The notes under the pieces were generated by a model that worked only from the letters and a program-made list of their open reading frames with translations, was not told the origin of the DNA and ran no database searches. A program made the position numbers and the translations under genes. From an uncultured Planctomycetia bacterium (GTDB taxonomy: Bacteria; Omnitrophota; Gorgyraeia; 2-02-FULL-51-18), in assembly GCA_964431835.1 (NCBI GenBank), contig CAYSKO010000008.1:26622-90621 (forward strand): a stretch of 64,000 nucleotides of DNA. Reading direction: 5' to 3'. Below are positions 9,583 through 21,500 of the stretch, in pieces (position 1 is the first letter of the stretch; the number at the start of each line of letters is the position of its first letter).

Positions 9583-12500
9583 ATGACCCCGAGCGGAAAA
9601 CGAATTCTGCGTCCGATCGCGCTTTTGCTGGCGCTTATTTTCGCGTTTGAAGAAGCCGCGAAAGCCGCGCCAATTTCCGCCCCGCCCACCCTCGATGCGC
9701 AAGCGGCGTTGTGCGCCGATCCATCGAGCCTCATCGTTCCGTTCGAATCCGCGGTGCTCAAAGAAATACACCGCGGCACAAACGGCCGCTTTGTCATTCA
9801 CATCCAAGACGCGCACTCCAACTTGAGCGGACAGAGGAACCTCGCCGCCGCTCTCGACAGCATCCTTTCCTCGCACGGCGTGCGCCTTGTTCTTTCCGAA
9901 GGCGGCGCCGACGACTGTTCGCTGACGCCTTTCAAGAAAGCTGCCTCGAAGGAAGTGTGGAAGAAGGTCGCGAAGACCCTGCTCGTTCAGGGACAGATTT
10001 CCGGCGAAGAGTATCTGAACCTGACCACCGACCGTCCGATGAAGATCGTCGGTGTTGAGGACATCGCGCTGTATCTCAAGAGCGTCGAGCATTACGCCTC
10101 CCTCGCCGACGGCCGCGAGCAGCTCCTTTCGCACTTGCGCGAAGTCCGCGCGTCGATCACCCGCATGAAGGCGCGCCTTTATCCGAGTGACATCATGGAA
10201 TACGAAGCCGCGAAGCGTGCGGGTGGGTCCCAAGAAGCGGATTTCAAGGCTCTCGTCGCGCTCGCGAGCGCGCGCGGCGAATCTCTCCAGGATTTCCCGG
10301 AGATCCGCCGTCTCGCGGCGACAGTGGCCCGAGAAGCCGAGATCGATTTTGAGCTGGCGAACCTCGAGCAGGCCGCGCTGGCCGAGCGTCTTTCGCGCGC
10401 CGGACGCCCGGAATCGCTACGTGAGTCGCTCGAGGACGCCGCGCACGCCGGCACCGAGAAGGTTTCCCAGCATCTGCGCGTGCGCGCGCTGATCCGCTCG
10501 GCGGAGGAGGCGAAGGTTCCGAAAGCGGACTACGAGAATCTGTCGCGTTACGCAGCTTATCTGAGCGATTTTTCTGAGGTCGACCTGGACGGCGTCCTCG
10601 ACGAGCTTGCGAAAGCCGAGGACCGCGTTTATTATGCCGCCCTGCCTTCGGAGGATGCGCGGCTTCTGCGCGCGCTCGACCGTTACGCGACGCTCCTCGA
10701 GACCGCATACTCGATCCGGATGAGCACAAAGGATTTCGCGCAGTTCCGGGCGAGCGAAGCGGATTTCGCCACGATCCGCTGGCAGGCGTTTCTCAACCGG
10801 CGTCTGGCCGACGCCGGAGATTTCGGAGGAATGATCCCGCAGACCGACCTTCTCGACCGCGGCCGCCGGTCACTTGAAGAATTCTACGCCTCCGTCACCG
10901 AGCGCGACTTCGCGTTCGTCCGTAATCTCGAGAAAACGATGGCTGACGAAGGAGAGAAAGCAGCGGTCCTCATCACGGGCGGCTACCATACGCCGCATCT
11001 TAAGAAGCTTCTGCGCGAAAAAGGGTATTCGTTCGCGGTTCTTACTCCGGTTGTTCTCGCGGAAACAAGCCAGCAGAAATACGAAAGCCGCCTCCTCGCC
11101 CCCCTGCGCGGCCGCGGCGCCCGGACGGTCGAGACGGTTTCCGGGCAGGGGACCGCGGGAGGGTCGCTCGCGGACTTGGGCGGCGAATTCAGCCGTCCAG
11201 GAAAAAACGACGGCGTCCGCGCGATGCTTCTGCGCGCGCTGGCCAGCAGCGACGAGTCTCCGCTCAATTTCTCTCAGGACGATCTAGAAACTATCCGTGC
11301 GATCCGCGCGACGATGCAAAACACCTTCCGGTCGGTGCTCGAAGCCGCCGTTGTGGACAGCCTCCGCGCACGGAACGCCGGTCTGTCCCTCGAGGAGGCC
11401 CGGCCGCGCGCCAAAGGCGTGGTCGAGGCGATCTTCCGTGAACTCGACGCTCCGCGTCCGGCGCCGAAAGCTGCGCCGGCGCGAGCATTGGATTCCGCGC
11501 CACGCACCGCCGAGGCGCCGTACACGACCGCTGCCGCGCGCATGTCGTCGGAGGTCCGCGCCGCCGAACGCGCCGCCGAGTTCTGGGCGGAAAACGAGCG
11601 TCAAAAGGCGGGGGCGTTCGATCTCGTGCGCGGGCAGGACAAGGCGTGGGTCGGTTACTCCGACATGATGAAGCTCGGTTTGCGCGACCGTCACTACGGA
11701 AAACTCGCGGCGGACTATTTCATAATCGACGCGATTTCGATCGCGCAGCGTTCTCTCGCTTCCTCCGGCGTATTCGCTTACAGGCTGGGTTCGGGGGACG
11801 ACGTCGTGAGCATGGCGTTCCCCGAAAGCTTCGACGGCGACCGGGTCGAGACCGCTCTCGCGGACGTGCAGGTCGCGTTGGAAACCGAATACCGGTCGAT
11901 GGCATTCGCTGTCCTGCCGCCCGGCCTTCCCACGGCCGCGCTCGATGCGCTTTCGGAGGACGAATCCGTCCGCACCGTTGATTTTCGTCCCTACTATTCC
12001 AACGGCACCGCCGACGGGCGTCCGCACCCGCAGATTCTTTTCAAACTCGCCGAAGGCGAAACCCACCGCCAGGGATTGGACCGCTTGCTCGCCGCGGCCA
12101 CGCTCGCTCCCGGCACCGGCGACGTACTCGAGGTTCGGGCGCCGCTTCTGCCGGCCGCGGCGGTTCGGCTGCAGGCTCCGGAACTGCGGACGGCACAGCC
12201 TGAGAAAAGCATCGAAGCGTCGCTCAAGGCCGGAGAACTCCGTCAGAGTGCGCTACGGGAAATGGGCGCGCTCGTTGGCACGGAAGAGACGGTTGCGGCG
12301 CCGCAGCGCGCGAAGGAAAATCCGCTCTACGGCGATACGGTGAACGCGGGCGTCGAGAGCGCGCTCGCCGAAATCCGCGCGCGGATGAATGCGGACACGG
12401 ATCCGGCGCTGCCGGTGGAACGCGAATACGCCACTTACGAGCGCGTCGCTCTCTTCCGTATTCTCGGGGAAGCGCGCAAAGACCGCTCGGGGACGCCGAA

Positions 12501-15500
12501 GCTCAAGACGGTGCGCGGCCCGCCGGACAATTTTTTCTTCGTTTCGTCGGACGGCAAAGGGGGCTGGCAGATCTTGCTGGTGCGCGAAAGCGTCGTCGCG
12601 CTCGAACACGACGGCACGCTCGAGAACGCTTTCCTCAAGAACCGCCGCGAATCGGGACGCGAGGGCGACTACGAGCGGAAGTTCGGATTCAAACAGGTAA
12701 ACGACGTTTTCGGCCATTTCGCAGGAAACCAGCTTCTCAAGCTGGGCAGTCTCAATCTTCAGAATTCGTTCTCGGAAGCATCGGCTTCGAGCGGCGGCCT
12801 CATGGGTCTCGAGGACGTGTTCCGCGCCACCTTCGAAGCGATGAGTCGCGTGAACGAAGTGGTGGCCGAGAAGGGCTTCAAGATCGAGTACGACGCGTCC
12901 ACGGCGCTCACTAGCGCCGAATTTCCGGCCGACGTCGAATCGCCCGCGATTCTCCTGGTGCTCGAAAAACTCGCGGCCGCCCGTCGTTCGGTCACCGTCG
13001 AATCCCGCCCGGAATTTCCGGGAGTCGCCATCCGGGTCTACGGAACGGAAAACAAATCGACGTGGAGTCAGATCGAAGAGGAGCTTGCCGAAGTGGCGGC
13101 GTACCGCGCCCACCGCGCGGGTCTCGAGCTCGAACGCGCGCACGCACAGATCCGCGAGCCTCGCGCGTCGGTCGCGGCAAAAAATAGCGTTCCCGCGGGA
13201 GCGCGGTTGTCGATTCAGGAAGTTTTCGGGGAGGATGCGCCGGACGTTCTTGAGTTCGTGGCGGGAACGCGCGATCTCGACGCGGTCCTGGAGCTCTTAA
13301 TGGGCGAGCCCAGGAGAGCGGGAGACCGCATCACGACCGGCTACGCGGTCACGTTGCGAACCCAAGCGGGGCCGGTCCAGCGTCTTTTCTTCGTGAAAAA
13401 GCTGAAAAGCGACTCCAGTCTCATGCGCCGCTTTCAAACAGACGAACACGAACTCGCCCAGGAAGCCGAAATCGCGACACGTGCGAGCCGGATCGGGCAC
13501 TCGCCGTCCACGCGCTTCTTCCGCTTCCGTTCGGGTACGCCGGGTCTGGTAACGACCGCCGCCGGCGGAGAATCAATCTACCGGATGTTCGTGAGATCCG
13601 AGCCTTCCGATCCCGTGCGTCTAGTTCTCGAGGCGGCGGCGGAGGCCCTCGCCGATCTTCACTTCCGTGCGGGGATAACGCACGGGGACCTCGTGCACCC
13701 CGGTCTCGAAGACGATCTTCGCGCGGACCATATTTTTTGGCGCCGGGACGCCGACCGCATCGCCGTCGAATTCATCGATTTCGGTCTCGCCAACGACAAG
13801 GCCACGGACGGGCAGAAGGCGGAAGAGCTGCGAAAAGTGGTGCACGCCGTGTCCGAGTACATTCCCCGCCGCCCTGACCGCGCGGCTTTGGTCCGCGCGT
13901 TCTCCGAGGCGTATGAGGCAAGGAGAGAGGGCATACGCAACGAAACCGCGGGCGCCCGAATGGCTCTTCCTTGGAGTCCGAAGAGCGGCACTGGGATACT
14001 TCGTTTTGACCTAGAGCGCCGCCTGCCCGCGGATTTGCCGGTGGTGCGCGTCACCGACAAAGGATTGGAACGCCCGGCTTTCGCGGGCACATCCGCCGAG
14101 ACGCTCTTGGAAAATCCAGCCCTGGCGACGCTCCTTCGCGCCGAGGGCTACGAGTACCTGACGGGCCCGCAGCTTCGTTCGCGGAGTTTCTTGGAGGGGC
14201 TCGCCGCGCAGACGGCCCGCGAAGATCTGCGGCTTTATCTCAATCAGAGGCTCGTGTACGGCGTGCCGCGCGCAGTCTACGCGCGGCGCCATTCTCCGGC
14301 CGTGAATGCCGCCGCGCGCCGGGTGACCGCCCAGCTTTTCCGGTCGGTCGTCCGCGTGCATCCGCAGTCCGCGCAGATGCTCGTGCCGGTGGTCGCCGAT
14401 CTCCTTTCGCGCGTACCCGAGAACCAGCTCGAATCGTTCCTAGAAGAAACGCCTTTCGCCGATACGCACGAAAAAGCCCTCCCGTTCGGAGTCGTGCGTC
14501 TGGTGCCATTCCTCGTCGAATGGAGCCGCACGCTGTCCGAGGTTTCGGCCGCCGCCCGCGGAGACGCGATTCCCGTCCAACCGCTCCTCAGTGCCGGTCT
14601 CCTCATGGACGCCGGAAAGCTCGGCCCCGAAACCGTCGCCTACGCGCTCGAACGGGTACGCGCCAAATGGATTAATCTCGGCCGTCCGGTCAACACGACC
14701 GCGCTCTTCGCTTTGGAATACGCGATCGAAGCCGCACTCGACGCGCGCGAACCCCGGAGCGCCGCCGAAACCGAGTTCGCGGCTCTCGAACGCAACTTCC
14801 GCGCGATCGACCGCCAGCTCGAATCGGAGCCGAAGTGGCTGGGCTTCGCGGGACTTCTGCGCACGAAGACGATCGGGTTCGAGGGTTCGGAATACCGTTT
14901 GAGAGACGCGGAGATCGTGGCGGCCCGCGGACGGAACCCCGTGCTCGTCCTCAAATACGACAATCCGCAGAAGGGCGAGCTACCGATCCTTCTCAAGTGG
15001 ACGCAGGTGCGAAAAGCTAAATACGACCGCATCGCGACGCGCACAGCATCGCTTCTCGGCCTTTTCTCGTACCGCGCGCAGCCGCTTCGGGACCACGCCG
15101 ATTTCCTCCGCTCCGAATGGGAGGTGGTCCAGTACAGGCCACATGAGCTCGTCGCGTTCACCGCGTCGGACTCGAACGCCCCGGCCCGGCAGAAGTTCGT
15201 ATTGAACCAGCCTTCGTTCCGCCGGATGATCGCGGCGGCCGACGCGCCCCGGTCGAATCCCTTGCGGGATCTCGGGGCGCATTTTTTCCTTCAGCACCTC
15301 CTTGGCGTGCGCGACGCGAAGATGAAGCATCTACTTTTGGTTAACGACGCGCGGTTGGGCGAGAACAACAACCGCTTCGTCGGGATCGATTCGGAGCTTT
15401 TGTTCCACTACAACGAGGCGCTCGACCACGTGAATTTCACCGACGACGGCCGCCGCCCGCCGCTCACGCCCGCCCGTTTGAACGATGTACCGCGCGTTCT

Positions 15501-18500
15501 TCAGCCGAACGGCGATCAGCGAGAATTCATGCGACGGATCGGGGCCGAGGCCGACGGCGCGCGTTACCTTGGGCGCGTGATCGAGGGGTTCAAGAACGCG
15601 CACGAGACCGCGCGTTCGAAGCGCGAAGAGATCCTGCGCCTCGTCCGCGAGAACGTGGAGCCCGGTCGTTACGAAGCCATCCGCGCCGAAGTCGAGCGCA
15701 GGCTCGATGCGCCCGCTGAAATAGCTCTCGAAGAAGTCGGCTTGGCCACCGAAGCTTTTCTGCCGGCGTTCCGCGAATCCGGAGCACGCGTGGCGGCCGC
15801 CGCGGATTCCTCCGAAGCGGCGCGCAACGCGTACGCCTCTTTTCGGGAAAACGAGATCGCGCGGATCGTCCGCGAGGCCCGCACGTTTCGCGCCCGTCTA
15901 TTCGCGGCGGCCATGCGTCTGGCGCTGCGGACGGGGTCTTCGCCGCTTTCCCGGGCGATGCTCTGGTTCGTGCCGGTGGGAACCACCGCTCTCCTCGACC
16001 TGGGTCCGGACCTCGCCGCCTCCATCGGGGCTCTCGACCGGGCGGGATACGGCCGGTTCGCGGACGAGATCGGGTTGTACCGTCTACGCGGCACGGGCCG
16101 CTGGCTCGCGATCCGCGGAGGACGCGACTATTTCCCTGTGAGAGGGGATTTCGCCTACGAACTTTTCGACGTGTTCATCCACAACCACCCGAGCGGCCAT
16201 GCCCTGCCTTCGCTGGGGGACGTTGCCGCCCACTACAACACGGAGACGGAAGGGACGCCCTTCGCGCTGATCGCAGCCGGAAACGAGTGGCTCTCTTTCG
16301 ATGCCCGCGCCCTCCAGACGGGCGGCTATTTCAAGGCCGACCAATATACGGTTTATGACCTTAACGAGAAGCTCGGGAAGGCGCTGCGGACGAAACTCGG
16401 AAGGGAAGGCCTGGTGGATCTCTCCGATCCAGTCTCGCTCGCGGCATCACGTGAGGCGATGGGGGGGCTCGGCATCGCCATCCGGTCGGTTCTTCCTTCC
16501 GAACTGTCCGATAACGTGGTGGGTGCGGCGCCGGAACCGTTCGCGCTCCTCGGTTCCACCGACCCCCGCACGCGCTACCAGGCACTGAGCATCCTCGACC
16601 GTGCGCTCCCTCAGGGCCTTGCGGCGGATATTTTCCAGGCGTTTCACACCGATACCGACGTGCGCGTTCAGATGTACGCCCTCGGGATCTTGTCGATGCG
16701 CATCCGGAACGATTTTCAGGCCCTGCGCCGGGCGGTTCAGCCGTTCCGGAATTCGCCGTTCGAGCGCGTGAAGGAGCAGGCGGCGTATATCGGAGGATCG
16801 GAAACGGAATCTCCTTCGGGCGCACGCATGGCCGGCGACGACTGGGCCGAACGTTTTCCCGAGAACCTCCGGCCCGTCTTCTCGCGCATGAGTCCCGCGG
16901 GCCGCATCCGCGTCGACCGCGAGATCGAGGCCTACCGCCTTCTTTCGGGCCGGGCGTGGCTTGAGATGGTGGATGAGATCGACGCCTGGAAACGCGGAGA
17001 CGGAATCTTGGACTTTCACGTGAACGCCGAAGCCATCAAGAAATTCGGCGTTTATCTGTACCTCGGTCGCCGTCACACGCAGGTTTCGCCGGGGGACAAG
17101 CGGGACCGCGGCGTCGCGCTCGAATTCGCTACACTGACGCAAGTCGATCTTTCGCCCGCCTCACCCCCGCGTCCGGCGCCGGGTACCGTTTTTTCGCCGC
17201 CTGACGCGACGTCCAAGACCGCATTCGGCTACGTGGATTTACGCGAACACCGTCCGGTGCGCGCCTGGGCGGTCGGCATGAGCACGACGGCGGTCCGCGA
17301 GATGCTCCGCGAGAATGGCCTCGATATCCCCGTCCGCAAGTGGCGGGAGGGGAAAACCGAGCCGAATCCCGAAGCGCTCTACCACACCGTTTCGGAAACC
17401 CTGTGGCCGTACGTGGCGATGACGGGCGCGCTTCTCTCCGGCATGGAGGCTCAGCGCCGCCAGTCTTTGGAAACCGTCGTCATCCAGGAAGCTTTTCCCG
17501 GCCGCCTTTCAGAATACCTCGAGCCGGAAGAGGAGGCGCAGGCTTTGGCTGTGGTGCAAGCGATCGTGGCGGAGTCATACTCCCCCACCCCCGGCCGCGT
17601 TTCTGGCGCGCGCATCGCGACAACCGCGCAGGCGCCGAAAACGCCCGAGCAAAGCCGCCGGCTCGAGGCGATCGCGCGGACGACCGGCGCGACGCCCGAC
17701 AACGAGATCGTCGCGACCGTTCGCAAACTCGCTTTCGACGCCGCCAAGAACCTCGGCCTGCCGTCGGAACAGTACGCGTTTGTCCTTTCGGACAGCGACG
17801 AAATCAACGCGTTTTTTTACACAGCGGACGGCGAGCGTGTGATTCAGTTCAACTGGGGATTGGTCCAGTTTTTGCACGAAAACGGAATCCTGAATCAGGC
17901 CGTTATCGAATTCATCCTAGGCCACGAAGCGGGTCACAGCCTGGACATCGATCACTCGAAGAGGGACCCCGCCGCCCGCCACCTCCAACTCGCCTCCGAG
18001 TATTCCGCGGACGAGCATGGACTCACGGCGAACGACCGCTCGGGACGCACGCCCCTGGGAGGGCTCCTCCTGATGCGCGCGCTCCGCCGGCACGGCAAAG
18101 ACGGTGGTATTTCGATCACGTATCCGCAAACGCACCGCCGCGAATATAAAATCCTGAACGATATCCGGCACCGATACTGGGAAAACCTGACCACAAGCCC
18201 CGAGCCCATCGACGCCGAGCCCTCTTCTTTCGAGCGGTCCCGGCGCTACCAGATGGACTCCAAGATGTACGGGCGCTTGACGTTCGAGCGCCTCGAAGAA
18301 GCGGTCGAACTGGCCGAGACGCCCCACGACGTGCTTCGCCTGACGCATCTTTACGAAAAACTACTCAGCGTCGAAACCGTTCTCCGTACGCTCGCCGACG
18401 GCACCGTGGGGCGCGGCGCGATCAAGAACAACCGCTGGCAGAGCTTCGACGACTTCGATTTGAACAACATGGAGAAGCGCGGCGAGGGCGCCTTCGTCGA

Positions 18501-21500
18501 GCGCTACCTGCGCGACAACGGCGTCTCCCCGGAAGATTATTTCAACGACAAGCAGAAAGATGCCATCCGCCAATGGGCGGCGAAGAACGGAATGGATTTC
18601 CGCGACGCGCTTTTCATGGCGCTCTCCGATCTCGCGAACCGGTCGCTCGGCGAATTCCGCTACGCGACTTCCAAAAACGAGGGGCGGCTCCAGCCTTATT
18701 CCAGCATCCAGCCGACGTCCGACGTCGGTCCGGACGGCCAGTCGACGTTCAAGGAGCCGCTCGAATTCTGGCGGATGAAGCAGGCGCGTCACCGCGAGCT
18801 CCAGCCTCTGCGTGCCAAGTTCGAAGCGCGTGCGAAGGTGGCCTTCGGGGGCTCTGCCCTCGGCGAGGCGGACCGTGACCGGCTCGTCACGGATTTCCTT
18901 CTCGGAGGCCTCCGCTACCTCGACCAGGAGCCCGCGGATTTCACCCCGTACTCCGTCACGAAGATCGATCCGGACGACGGTTATGAGAGTCAGGACTATG
19001 TCTACCCCAAGCCTGCCGACGCCGTGGCGGATCTCGCGTGGGACGACCCTCTCGCTGCTCTTCAAGACGTTTTCCGGAATTACCGAAGCTATGAGAACAA
19101 CTACGTGAAAACACGCTCCTCGAAAGATCCCGCGTACAAGGCGTACGCCAGCGACGAGTACAGCGCCGTCCAGGCGATGAAAGTGCACCACGACAAGCTT
19201 ATCGAAGATCTCCTCGGTAAAATCGGCCCGGAGACCTCGACCGAGCGACTCCTCGAGCTTTACGCCACGTTCCACGAGTATTACAGGCTCATGCCTTATA
19301 GCGTGGGAGGCTATTCGAAGGATAAACAGACCGAACAATACGGCTTCGATATTCTGAAGCGTCTTTCGGAGCGCCTGGCGACCGTGGAAGAATTCGTTTC
19401 CGTCGTGCCGCGGTTGGCGAAGCTCGTGCCTAACAAGTACGATTCTTCGGAACTGGCGAAAACCTGGTTCTCGAAAGCGCAAACCGTCGACGAGCTTCTC
19501 GGCGCCCTGGATACGCTGCTTTCCGAGCCCAGGCTTCGGGGAGGCACGCTCAAGGCCCTCGCGGCCTTCGAGGAGAACGCGGTCCGAATCGCGTCGGCGG
19601 CAGACTGGTCGAAGACGAAGCCCGCGCTCGCGCTCGTCGAAGGACTCACGGCGACGCTGGAGCGGCACGGTCTCGATCCAAAAAAGACCGAACGGCGCGA
19701 GGAATGGCCGCTGGCCGCCGCGAAAGCCGCCGCTTCGCTCATAAGGCTCACGCAGTCTAACCGTTCCAACGAGGTGTTCCACGGGGAGCTCGTGGTGCGT
19801 TATTACACCCGTTTCTACGACGGGAAGAGCCCGTATGGCCGCCCCGGCGCCGCGATCCGTGTCGATTACCCACAGACCCGTTTCCTTTATTCTGAAAACG
19901 AGCTCCTGCGTCACCTTGAGGGAGTTTTTTACGACAAGGTGAAGGCGCTCCGGTTTTTCTTCGGGAACGGATTGCCCCCAACGGCGGGGCTCTTGTACGA
20001 TTTGAAGGCCGAGAATCGCGAGGAAATGTTCGGCCTCTTTTTGGCGAACGAAGAGGCGTACCTCCGGAACGGGATGCCGCAGGAGGAGTTCGACCGGCTC
20101 CTTTGCATTTTCGCGTGGGAATGGTTCGGCCCCGGGCGGGGATCGAGCGTCGAGCGGCTTCGGGCTTTCACCGCACGGCTTCGCCGCTCGCCCGTGAACG
20201 CGGAATTCCTGAGGGCCTTCGACGGCGCGGGCTACAACGTCCAGGAGTCCAAGGAAGGCGATCCCAAATTCGAAGCCGCGGCCGAGATCGCAGAGAAGAT
20301 CGGCCATGATGCCGTCGGCAGTTATTACGCTTATTTCGGGGGATATGAGGAATACAAAGACCCGACAAAGGACAAACGCCGGGAGCATGGCCTCGAAAGA
20401 CGTTCTTACGCCCCGCTTTGGGCGACGGACGGACGCGATCCTCGGAAAACGGACGAGATCCGCGCGGGAAACGACCTTTACGAAGCATGGGCGTTCGCGC
20501 ACATGGGCGCGTCGATCGAGGAACGGATCGCATGGCTCGTCCGTTTCCATCCCGAGCCCACGCCGTACCGCAACGGCCTTCTTCTTAAGCTCGTCGGCGA
20601 TCCGTTCACGGCCGGCCCGGCGGTTTTCGCGCCCGTGCTCCCTCATTTGGCGCCGGACCGCATCACGGACATCTTGAACCGCCGCGTTCTCCAGGCCCGG
20701 AAGGCCGCAGGGGAGTTGAGTTTTAAGACGTACGCAGAGGTGAAAGCGGTGATCGACGCGCATTTCCCCGAGGACTCCGAGATCGGCCGTGAGCTCTTCT
20801 TCGGCTGGCTTCAAAACGCGCGCATCACGCCGGTGGAATTGAACGGGCTCAGGGAAACGGGCGCGCTTTCCCGTCTCGCGGGAGATAAGAAGAAGAAAGT
20901 CGCGCACGAGATTATCGAGCGGATGGGCGACGACATGGAAAGGCAGTCGGTCGAGGAGAAGAGGGAAGTGTATTTGTGGCTCGCGGGCCTCGCTCCGAAA
21001 CCGACGCTCATCGAATATTACGAATTCACCTCGAAGACCGACCTCGACGATCTGCCGCGTCTCCTCGCCGCAGGCACGGAGGCCGAGCGGTATGCGTTTC
21101 TCACGACTCTTCTGGTCGGCGACTCCGGAGTCCTTTCCGATCCCGTCCAGCGCGCGGATCTCATGAAGACGCTCTTCGAGGCCGGCACAGGCGAAAAGGC
21201 GGAAGCGTCCAACACGCGCTTCGCGGTCCTTGAGGAAGTTTTCGAAGCGTGCCCCGAGCACAAACAGTTCGACATCCTGCACGGCGCGCTCGGTCATTTT
21301 CAGGAAAGCAGCGGCACTGCCGCGGTATCGAGCGAGGCGCTCACCAAGCGGTTCCTCACGAGCTTCGGTCTCGTCGGCGTCAAATTCGGCCAGCAGGTTC
21401 TGGGGATCGAGGACCTTTCCGACCGCGTTCCGCCACTCGACAAGCGTTATCTCCTGAACGCGATTCTTCACGATGGCGGAATGGAGCTCCTCGACGACGT

